NCBI GenBank assembly: GCA_963798485.1
Contig: CAWCTR010000030.1
Coordinates: forward strand, 178,758 to 242,757
Source: an uncultured delta proteobacterium
Lineage (GTDB): Bacteria; Desulfobacterota; Desulfomonilia; UBA1062
Direction: 5' to 3'
Length of the DNA: 64,000 nt
How positions within the stretch are numbered: the first letter of the stretch is position 1; each line of letters opens with the position of its first letter. The position numbers and the translations under genes are program-made. Below are positions 56,720 to 64,000 of this stretch, piece after piece. The notes under the pieces were generated by a model. That model made no database searches. It was given only the letters and a program-made list of their open reading frames with translations, and was not told the origin of the DNA.

Positions 56720-58180
56720 ATGACCCAGAAGATATCCATTGATCCCATAACCAGGCTTGAAGGGCACGGCAAGATAGAGATCTTCCTTGACGACAAAGGC
56801 AACGTGGCCGACGCATACTGGCAGGTGGTGGAGCTGCGCGGGTTCGAGCGCTTCTGCATCGGCAGGCCGGTAGAAGAGATGACAAGGATTGTCCCAAATA
56901 TCTGCGGTGTGTGCCCTTCCGCACACCATATGGCGGCAACCAAGGCCCTTGACGATCTTTACAGCGTTGAACCTACACCTGCAGCCAGGCTCATCAGAGA
57001 GCTCGAGTTCAATGCCTTCTATATCGAAGACCACTATATCCATTTCTTCTTCCTGGCCGCCCCGGACTTTATCATGGGCCCGGATGCCGATCCTAAGGAG
57101 CGCAATATCCTGGGTGTGATCGGCAAGGTCGGCAAGGAGATAGGGCAAAGGGTAATAGAGGTCCGCAAGCGCAACCGTGATATCATCAGGCATATCTTCA
57201 GCAAGGCGCCGCACCCGGAAGGAGGCCTTCCCGGAGGCGTACCCAGAGGCTTCACCGAGGATGACCGGAAGTGGGTCAAGGATACGGCCGCCTTCTCCCT
57301 GGACTTTGCAAAATTCGCCATACAGCTTTTCAAGGACGCCGTGTTATCGAACAAATCCTATGTCGATCTCATCCTGAACGATGCCTACAGCCTTAAAACC
57401 TATTACATGTCGCTCGTGGACGAGAATAACAGGACTACCTTCTATGACGGGGCCGTGCGGGTCGTGGACCAGAAAGGGAAAGAATACGTCAAATTCCATC
57501 CTAGGGACTATGACCAGTACATAGGTGAATGGGTGGAGCCCTGGACCTATATCAAGCTCAACCACCTGAAGCAGCTCGGCTGGCACGGCCTCAAGGATGG
57601 TGAAGGCACCTCGCTGTACCGGGTGGCCCCGCTTGCGAGGTTGAACGTGGGAGACTCCATGCAGACGCCCCTTGCCCAAAAGGAGGCACAGATCATGTTC
57701 GATACCCTGGGCGGAAAGCCTGCGCACCAGACCCTTGCGACCCACTGGGCGCGCCTCATCTGCGCGCTGCAGGCGGCCGAGAACAATGTAATGATCGCCG
57801 ACGCACCTTTGCTTACGAGCAAGGACCTGCGCAATATGAACCTGAAGCTCAGGAACAAAGGGGTCGGTTGTGTTGAGGCCCCGAGGGGCACGCTGTTCCA
57901 CCACTACGAGACCGATGATGAAGGCATCCTTACCAAGGTGAACCTGATCGTTGCAACCCAGAATAATGCAGCACCCATCTGCCTGTCGGTTAAAAAGGCT
58001 GCGCAGGCCTTTGTGAAAGGGCCTGACGTGAAAGAGGGGTTCCTCAATATGGTGGAAATGGCGTTTCGGGCCTATGACCCTTGCCTTTCATGCGCCACCC
58101 ACTCACTGCCGGGCACCATGCCCATGACCGTGACTATCCGCAATAACCAGGGCGCAGTCATACGGCAGATCAAAAGGTGA
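56720..58180 (+). CDS. mvhA: Group 3c [NiFe]-hydrogenase large subunit
   Basis: IDPITRLEGHG, ICGVCP, EAPRGTL.HHY, RAYDPCLSCATH plus a cleavable C-terminal tail. Confidence 0.9.
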   Translation: MTQKISIDPITRLEGHGKIEIFLDDKGNVADAYWQVVELRGFERFCIGRPVEEMTRIVPNICGVCPSAHHMAATKALDDLYSVEPTPAARLIRELEFNAFYIEDHYIHFFFLAAPDFIMGPDADPKERNILGVIGKVGKEIGQRVIEVRKRNRDIIRHIFSKAPHPEGGLPGGVPRGFTEDDRKWVKDTAAFSLDFAKFAIQLFKDAVLSNKSYVDLILNDAYSLKTYYMSLVDENNRTTFYDGAVRVVDQKGKEYVKFHPRDYDQYIGEWVEPWTYIKLNHLKQLGWHGLKDGEGTSLYRVAPLARLNVGDSMQTPLAQKEAQIMFDTLGGKPAHQTLATHWARLICALQAAENNVMIADAPLLTSKDLRNMNLKLRNKGVGCVEAPRGTLFHHYETDDEGILTKVNLIVATQNNAAPICLSVKKAAQAFVKGPDVKEGFLNMVEMAFRAYDPCLSCATHSLPGTMPMTVTIRNNQGAVIRQIKR

Positions 58181-58187
58181 TCCTTAA

Positions 58188-58670
58188 GTGAAGGTCCTCG
58201 TACTCGGCATGGGCAATCCCATCCTGTCGGACGATGGGGTAGGCATTGTTATAGCCAATGCCCTTGAAGGAAAGGTCAAGGGGGCCGATGTTGCGACAAG
58301 CGCCATGATCGGGCTTGATCTGCTTGATGCCGTTACCGGGTACGATAAAGTATACCTCATCGATGCCATGTGCACCCGGGATGGGAAGATAGGGGAGGTG
58401 AAGAAGATCTCAGAGGAAGGTGGCGCCGGGACCATGCATCTGTTCACCTCCCACGGGATCCATTTCTTTGAACTCATGGAGCTTGGTAAGCGCTGCGGCC
58501 TGAACATGCCCGAAATCGGCACGGTCTATGGCATTGAGATCGGTGACAATGTCAGTTTCGGTAACTCGCTTACCCTGGAACTCCAAAAAAAAATAGCACC
58601 TATCATGGATATGATATTAGGCGACATACGCACAACAGACACTATGAGTTTTATGCTTAAGGCAACATAG
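58188..58670 (+). CDS. Hydrogenase maturation protease
   Basis: VLGMGNPILSDDGVG, IDA, SH motifs. Confidence 0.88.
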   Translation: MKVLVLGMGNPILSDDGVGIVIANALEGKVKGADVATSAMIGLDLLDAVTGYDKVYLIDAMCTRDGKIGEVKKISEEGGAGTMHLFTSHGIHFFELMELGKRCGLNMPEIGTVYGIEIGDNVSFGNSLTLELQKKIAPIMDMILGDIRTTDTMSFMLKAT

Positions 58671-58802
58671 CGTCAAGAAAAATTATCATCTTTTGGAGAG
58701 AGCTACAGAGATGAGCACTTCATATGATTCATTCTGTTCATGTTTCATAAGCATTGGAAGAAAGGCTTGCCTTATGCTCGACCAACCCCTTGCTGAGTGA
58801 CC

Positions 58803-59326
58803 TTATAACAACCCATGCACCAAATAGATAAGACCGATCAGTCCCAAAGCACCGGCACCATACCATAGCCATTTCCTTCTGGTCAGAACGGCAATCGCCG
58901 AGAGGGCAATGGCAATCTGAAAGGCGGTGACACCTTTGGCCAGCATGTTGTGCGCCAACAGATGCAGGGAAGAGGCCTTCTCTTTCTCGCGCGCCATTTC
59001 CTCGATCTGCTGCTGTTCCTGTTTATAGGCCGCAACCTTTTCCTGGTCTTTGGCAGAGGCCTGTCTACCGAGGGCCTGCAGCGTTTCGATTCGACTTTCA
59101 AGCACCGCGGATTTGACGCCCTTCGCTTGATAATACGCCCATTGATCCGATGCCTGAATCTGCTCGATCAAGGCTTCATTGGAATGGTGGCCCGCCAGGA
59201 GCGAAGACACGGCGGCAAGTAGGCGAGGATGGCCGTGCTGAGAGCCACCCCAAGCACCCACTGTTCCCTCGCCTCCCGCGCTTCCTCTTGGATTGCTTCA
59301 TGCAATTTTTCGGTCGGATCTTCGAT
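58803..59326 (-). pseudogene. DUF4337-like membrane protein, frameshifted and lacking its start
   Basis: IEDPTEKLHEAIQEEARE..WVLGVALSTAILA, a frameshift at ~59221, then LAAVSSLLAGHHSNEA...ASDQWAYYQAKGVK; in-frame TAG upstream with no ATG. Confidence 0.6.
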
Positions 59327-59384
59327 CCGGAGGGGAACCCCCTATATCGAATTTACAAATATCAATATTTGTGGTGTCGGTATT

Positions 59385-60200
59385 GTTAGAAGTTTTCGAG
59401 TATAGGAGGGATATATGAAGCGAGCCATTGTAATTGGGGCAAGTTCTGGAATTGGCAAAGAACTCGCAACAGTCCTTTCCCGGAACGGTTACGCGGTTGG
59501 CCTTACGGGAAGACGGATTGATCTTCTGGAGGAACTGAAAAGCAATCTTCCGAATCCTGGTTTTACAAAGCAGATGGATATCTCCGATCATTCCAAGGCA
59601 ATGGATCTCTTAGAGAATCTCATTGTGGATATGGGAGGAGTTGACCTGATTGTCATTTCCGCTGGTATCGGGTTTATCAATTCCGATCTTAACTGGGGGG
59701 ATGAGAAGAAGACGATCGATGTAAATGTCTCTGGGTTCACAGCCATGGCAAATGTCGCTTTTCGTTACTTTGTTCAATCTGGTCGAGGACATCTGGTTGG
59801 CATATCCTCTATCGCTGCATTACGCGGGAGTAGAGAGGCTCCGGCCTACAATGCGTCAAAAGCATTCATCTCAAACTATATGGAAGGCCTCAGATTCAGA
59901 GCTTTAAAGGCTGGTTTACCCATCGTGATAACAGATATAAAGCCAGGCTTTGTTGATACTGCTATGGCCAAAGGAGAGGGGCTTTTCTGGGTAGCCCCAA
60001 CACAAAAAGCTGCACGCCAGATTCAGGAGGCAATTCAGAAGAAGGCAAGTCATGCCTATATCACAAAAAGGTGGGCTCTTATTGGTTGCCTGTTAAGAGT
60101 GCTGCCGGATTTCCTCTACTCCAAATTATGAAATTTTCTAACCTCCGGATCAACCGGACGCGCAGGGATAACGGCGAGGTGTTACCTGTAGGCCCTTAAG
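59385..60200 (+). mobile_element. Possible integron-type gene cassette carrying the SDR gene
   Basis: GTTAGAA core 30 bp before the ATG and the complementary TTCTAAC 4 bp after the stop, followed by an attC-like CTCCGGATCAACCGGACGCG and a hairpin. Confidence 0.45.
59415..60131 (+). CDS. SDR family oxidoreductase
   Basis: GASSGIG, SS, YNASK, PGFVDT. Confidence 0.9.
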   Translation: MKRAIVIGASSGIGKELATVLSRNGYAVGLTGRRIDLLEELKSNLPNPGFTKQMDISDHSKAMDLLENLIVDMGGVDLIVISAGIGFINSDLNWGDEKKTIDVNVSGFTAMANVAFRYFVQSGRGHLVGISSIAALRGSREAPAYNASKAFISNYMEGLRFRALKAGLPIVITDIKPGFVDTAMAKGEGLFWVAPTQKAARQIQEAIQKKASHAYITKRWALIGCLLRVLPDFLYSKL

Positions 60201-60475
60201 GCCGGCCATTGAAGTTTATGTTGTCTTAATGAATATCTGCGATAGATGAGGGCCACATTGCTCCCAGGAAAACTGTGATCTCCAGATCGGATCTATAGAA
60301 ATAGCCTCCCAAATCGATACTCTATATAGTCGCACGATATGTGTTAAAAAATCGTATCGATAGAAACCGAGCTTTTGTACCAAACTCGTCAAACCGAGTA
60401 TGTTGTGTGCCTAGCATAGATCTCTTCCTGCAATCTTCAGTTTGCTTGATTGCCTCATGATGTTATTATTATTTT

Positions 60476-60922
60476 ATGAAAGGAAGGTTCACTATTCGGA
60501 GTGCGGGTACACTTTTCTTATTGTCAGCTGCCTTCGAAATTTTGTCCATAACCTCTTCAATCCCGCTTTTCGGCGCAATTCGTTCAGGAGCCTTAGCAAT
60601 AACTTATCATTTTCTCTATATAGCTCTCTTTCTGATTATAGGTATTGGGCTACTGGTTCCAAGGCAATGGGGTTATAAAGCTGCTTTTATTGGTGCGTTT
60701 TTTTCCACTCTAGATAAAGTTCTTTTTCTATTAGATCGCAAATCTATGGATACATATTTGTTGCAGCAGTTGGGAAGTTACAACTCAATTATACAGATAA
60801 TAGGCACTCGCACCATATTCCAGGTTTTAATACTTACAACATTGATGTCCATAGCCTCTTGGTGGGGATTCATATTGTATTTACATATTCGTAAAGATTA
60901 TTTTTATTCTCAGAAAAAATAG
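60476..60922 (+). CDS. Hypothetical membrane protein (about 4 TM segments)
   Basis: 148-aa hydrophobic ORF. Confidence 0.6.
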   Translation: MKGRFTIRSAGTLFLLSAAFEILSITSSIPLFGAIRSGALAITYHFLYIALFLIIGIGLLVPRQWGYKAAFIGAFFSTLDKVLFLLDRKSMDTYLLQQLGSYNSIIQIIGTRTIFQVLILTTLMSIASWWGFILYLHIRKDYFYSQKK

Positions 60923-61177
60923 TTTAGAATGAAGTTCTCCTTTACTTGATAAGGGAAAAACACAAGATTCGGGGCTTTTGTAGAGATGCAAGGATACGAA
61001 TGATAAGTGAGCAGCTCAAATGACCTGCCTATATGCGTCCTGAGCAAGAGTTCAATCATGACCTCGCCAAATAATTGGATAGAGGGGACAATCAAAACCA
61101 CTCCTGCGCGAATAAGGCGATCTCATCTTGGGATTGGTCCCTGGTATGAATGCCCATTCCGTAAATATTTGTAATAG

Positions 61178-61648
61178 TCAGACGGTCTCATCTATCTGTG
61201 ATGAGGGTGTGGTCGTGGTTGTTGAGCTTGAGGACTTATTGTAACTATTTATGATAGACATGAGGTCATTCGGGCTCATAGTAAGCAGGTTTATATCTTG
61301 AATGCCAGAGGTGGAAGAGGATGAGGTGCTATCCGTTGAATTCGTCTGATTTTCTGATAAGATCATATTCACCAGATTAGGATTATTTTGAATAAGCTTC
61401 GTATTTTCTGCGGAAAGTAAGATATCATACATAGAACGGCTTGATACATTTGATGCCGAAGAATCATTGCTCGAGGAACTGAGAAGTGTCTGCAGCATGT
61501 CCAGGGATTGACTCGAGAGACTGACAGTATCCGCTGCACTCAAATCCGAGGTCAGCGTAGAAGTATCACTATTATTGGTTGAAGATGATCCCTGACTGTT
61601 GAGGAGAAGGCTGGAGAGGAGAGAATTGACACTGCTGACACTTGACAT
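61178..61648 (-). CDS. Ser/Thr-rich hypothetical protein
   Basis: RBS AGGAGG before MSSVSSVNSLL; low-complexity Ser/Thr/Asn composition. Confidence 0.6.
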   Translation of the reverse strand: MSSVSSVNSLLSSLLLNSQGSSSTNNSDTSTLTSDLSAADTVSLSSQSLDMLQTLLSSSSNDSSASNVSSRSMYDILLSAENTKLIQNNPNLVNMILSENQTNSTDSTSSSSTSGIQDINLLTMSPNDLMSIINSYNKSSSSTTTTTPSSQIDETV

Positions 61649-61671
61649 GCATGATCCTCCTTGTTCATATC

Positions 61672-61698
61672 TTATCGGCAAGTTGAAGAAAACTTCAA
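61672..61698 (-). promoter_or_regulatory. Possible sigma28 (FliA) promoter
   Basis: TTGAAGTT-N11-GCCGATAA upstream of the Ser-rich ORF. Confidence 0.4.
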
Positions 61699-61723
61699 CA
61701 ATTTAATGGTATATTCACGACAT

Positions 61724-62140
61724 CTAATGCAACCTAGTACTCCATGGCATAAGAGGATTCTGAAGGGCACTAAGATCCATTCGGATATAAGAATCATCAA
61801 CTGTATGGGAAATAACCGTGGCCCCGTCTATGGTGATAGGATATAATCCATTGTAGCTATAGGCATCCGTGCGAGGCCCTATGTGAAGGATAGTGATATT
61901 AAAATTAGTTACCCCGAAATAACCACCAGTAGTTTTTTCTCCCCAGATGTTGTTTGAACCAAGACCATCAGAGTCTCCCCAAGCAATGACATCGAAGTGT
62001 ATATCCATTGTGATATTAGGCATGATACTCACACCAGTCTGTCCGCTGACATCAGAAAGCTCGGAGTCAGTAAGAGGTGTCATTGCCCAAGTGGAAAATG
62101 GGAGTGAAAAGATAATAAAAAACAGCAGTGCTCTTTTCAT
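61724..62140 (-). CDS. Secreted DUF6160-like protein
   Basis: Signal peptide followed by AMTPLTDSELSDVSGQTGVSI..WGDSDG. Confidence 0.6.
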   Translation of the reverse strand: MKRALLFFIIFSLPFSTWAMTPLTDSELSDVSGQTGVSIMPNITMDIHFDVIAWGDSDGLGSNNIWGEKTTGGYFGVTNFNITILHIGPRTDAYSYNGLYPITIDGATVISHTVDDSYIRMDLSALQNPLMPWSTRLH

Positions 62141-62176
62141 AACTCTTTACCTCAGTATTATTATATTCCTGTCGTC

Positions 62177-62193
62177 AGCAAAGGCAATGCCTA
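62177..62193 (-). promoter_or_regulatory. sigma54-type promoter
   Basis: Reverse complement TAGGCATTGCCTTTGCT (GG-N10-GC). Confidence 0.5.
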
Positions 62194-62208
62194 TATTAGA
62201 AAGGATAT

Positions 62209-62440
62209 GCTGACATTACAAAACCGGCCTTATGCCTACTCCATGAGAGACTGAAGGGTTCCGTTATTATGATCATTGCTTGCATCCACGACGAGATTAT
62301 TCTTTGAGGCTCCTGGTGAAGAAACAGATATGGCGGCAGCGATTTTGCAGGAATCCATGATCGTAACTGGGCAGCACTATCTGAAAAGTGTCCCGATCGA
62401 GGTGGAGGTAAGCGTGGCCGATACCTGGGCTGAAAAGTAG
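62209..62440 (+). pseudogene. Family A DNA polymerase C-terminal fragment
   Basis: ADITKPALCLLHERLKGS..IIACIHDEIIL, +1 shift, EAPGEE..AAAILQESM...GQHYLKSVPIEVEVSVADTWAEK-stop. Confidence 0.7.
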
Positions 62441-62839
62441 AGCTGTTTCAGGTAGTAACAGAAAGAGATATATTGGCTGCTACTCCTTCTGGAATCACTC
62501 ATGTTTATTCATTTTGGGTAAGGTTCATCTGCCAGGCCTGTCCTGAGATAATACATTATATTCCAAGATCTCTGGTTGAGGGCAAGGAGATGTGACCGAG
62601 GATTTATTGCGTGACTGTCGAAAAACTCCGACAAGCTCTAGAACTACCAAATTTGGACCATTAAAAACACAAGCCTGGAGAAAATCCAGAAACAGATCGA
62701 AGCGGCGGCAGGTGGCCAGTAATTCGCCCCAAATCCGGGCTCAAGCTTCAACTGGATTTGATCGGGATGGCGCAACGGTACTTGACTTCTATTCGCAAGC
62801 TCTTACCAAACTACTATCCTGCTTGCAAGGAGGTGCGCC

Positions 62840-63052
62840 ATGAGCAGTGCTGAAGCTTTCAATCGTTCGGGGTTTTCACGATTCATCAATAGCCAGGCCG
62901 GCCGCGTTTTTCGCCTGGTCGCCGGTACGGGATTTCTCGTAGTTGGTTATTTGTTCCGGGATCACCCGCTCGGCGTGATCTCCATGGCGTTCAGCGTTCT
63001 CCCGTTGAGCGCCAATTTATCGCAGTTATCTATACAAGCTTTAAAACTTTAA
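62840..63052 (+). pseudogene. YgaP/DUF2892-like small membrane protein, probably 3'-truncated
   Basis: RBS AAGGAGG; F.RFINS.AGR.FRLVAG...LPLSA followed by an unrelated AT-rich tail. Confidence 0.4.
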
Positions 63053-63097
63053 AAGCGAACTCTAGCTTCCCCTCTTAGATACATCAAGGGTTATGAT

Positions 63098-63790
63098 TTA
63101 GTGAGATCTAATGTTTAACCAGCTGCCAGTCTGGATGGTTGTACTAGTATTATTGATGTAGGTGTCCCGCATTTCGGTATTACCAGACATTATAGGATAA
63201 CTCAAAGGACTATTTGAACTATGTGTGTCATCCTTGGGATATGAATATGGTATAGTTGGTGTATCTGTCGTTTGAGTATAGTTATAGGTTTCATTATTAA
63301 TGTCTTCAGCATTGACTGCTTTACCATTGATGGTTGTAAAGTAATTTTTCCAAAAAGATGGATTAATCGAAAAGATCTGATATTGGTTAAAAATAGCATC
63401 TTCATAAAATAAAGTAGTCCAATCTTTCCCAGTAGCTGGATCAATCATAAAGATCTGAACGTTGTTAAGAATATTATTATTACCCCCTAACCAGGGGAAT
63501 GAGGAGAACTGTTTATTAGTTGCATATCTTTCTGCGGTCTCGTCAGGGTCTTCAAATAGATTCACGTCAAAATGCAACATTAAGCCTGATGAGGTTGGTA
63601 ATAATTGGCTGAGACTCTCAGAAGAATCCGACGAATTGGGTTTATTAGTTGTCTTTATTATCTGCTCGATATTGATGCTTAAGCTGAGAGGGTTGCTAAC
63701 ATTGGAGAGATCAGATTCAGTGAGTGGAGTCATTGCACACAGGGGGAACGGTAATATGAGTACTGCTAAAAACGTTAAAAATTTCCCCAT
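63098..63790 (-). CDS. Secreted hypothetical protein with a DUF6160-like N-terminus
   Basis: MGKFLTFLAVLILPFPLCAMTPLTESDLSNVS; RBS GAGG. Confidence 0.55.
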   Translation of the reverse strand: MGKFLTFLAVLILPFPLCAMTPLTESDLSNVSNPLSLSINIEQIIKTTNKPNSSDSSESLSQLLPTSSGLMLHFDVNLFEDPDETAERYATNKQFSSFPWLGGNNNILNNVQIFMIDPATGKDWTTLFYEDAIFNQYQIFSINPSFWKNYFTTINGKAVNAEDINNETYNYTQTTDTPTIPYSYPKDDTHSSNSPLSYPIMSGNTEMRDTYINNTSTTIQTGSWLNIRSH

Positions 63791-64000
63791 AAGATTACCT
63801 CTATTTAATCCAAGATGAATCATTTCATAACAAGATACCCCCCTTAATTTAATGCAAAGAATGTGCTAAATGAAACATGCTATAAATTCAATTGATTTGC
63901 AATTGATATGAATTAAAAAACGAAAGTTATGTGAAATATGATTCCATTTATATGGAATAAGTATCCTGTTTTAATGATATCCTGATTATGCATTAGACCC

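Noticed and set aside
53489-58180. Selenocysteine recoding in the Mvh/Hdr-like genes
   Set aside because: All ORFs are open with Cys at the ligand positions (DPCLSC), and there is no in-frame TGA.
60230-61170. Possible gene remnants in the intergenic stretches flanking the 148-aa membrane ORF
   Set aside because: Manual translation gave no motif I can assign.
62592-62843. 83-aa ORF and an IS-end-like GACTGTCGAAAAACTC at ~62614
   Set aside because: No recognisable protein and no matching second end; probably debris, but unsupported.

Overview
Chromosomal window from an anaerobic Desulfobacterota-like (deltaproteobacterial) bacterium; the taxonomy is inferred from gene content and style. It has four zones. 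(1) 1-13.6 kb: a visibly AT-richer surface-polysaccharide island encoding a C-methyltransferase, 3,5-epimerase, DUF4910 protein, RfbF, PIG-L deacetylase, Wzx, GT2, DUF4038 hydrolase, a tandem-domain Cys-rich protein, an MBOAT+SGNH pair and PAP2. It also carries two decayed IS5 pieces, a degenerate tRNA-Phe and IS200/605-type palindromes. (2) 13.7-20 kb: a frameshifted C1 peptidase and the uppS-cdsA-dxr-rseP-tsaB operon. A DUF559 endonuclease flanked by inverted palindromic repeats sits inside this operon, and cdsA has a 1-nt frameshift. (3) 20.3-52.4 kb: five tRNAs, two near-identical tuf genes, secE-nusG-rplKAJL-rpoBC and the str/S10/spc/alpha ribosomal superoperon; RpoC has an unusual ~78-aa insertion. 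(4) 52.7-64 kb: a REP doublet, yciI, and a sigma54-type operon for a group 3c [NiFe]-hydrogenase (MvhDGA plus protease) led by a GltD/HdrL-like flavoprotein instead of HdrABC. This is followed by a mosaic of an integron-like SDR cassette, pseudogene fragments (DUF4337, PolA, YgaP-like) and two DUF6160-like secreted proteins. The best candidates for an undescribed system are the DUF559-palindrome cassette and the Hdr-free Mvh/flavoprotein hydrogenase. All calls are by motif recognition; no database searches were run.
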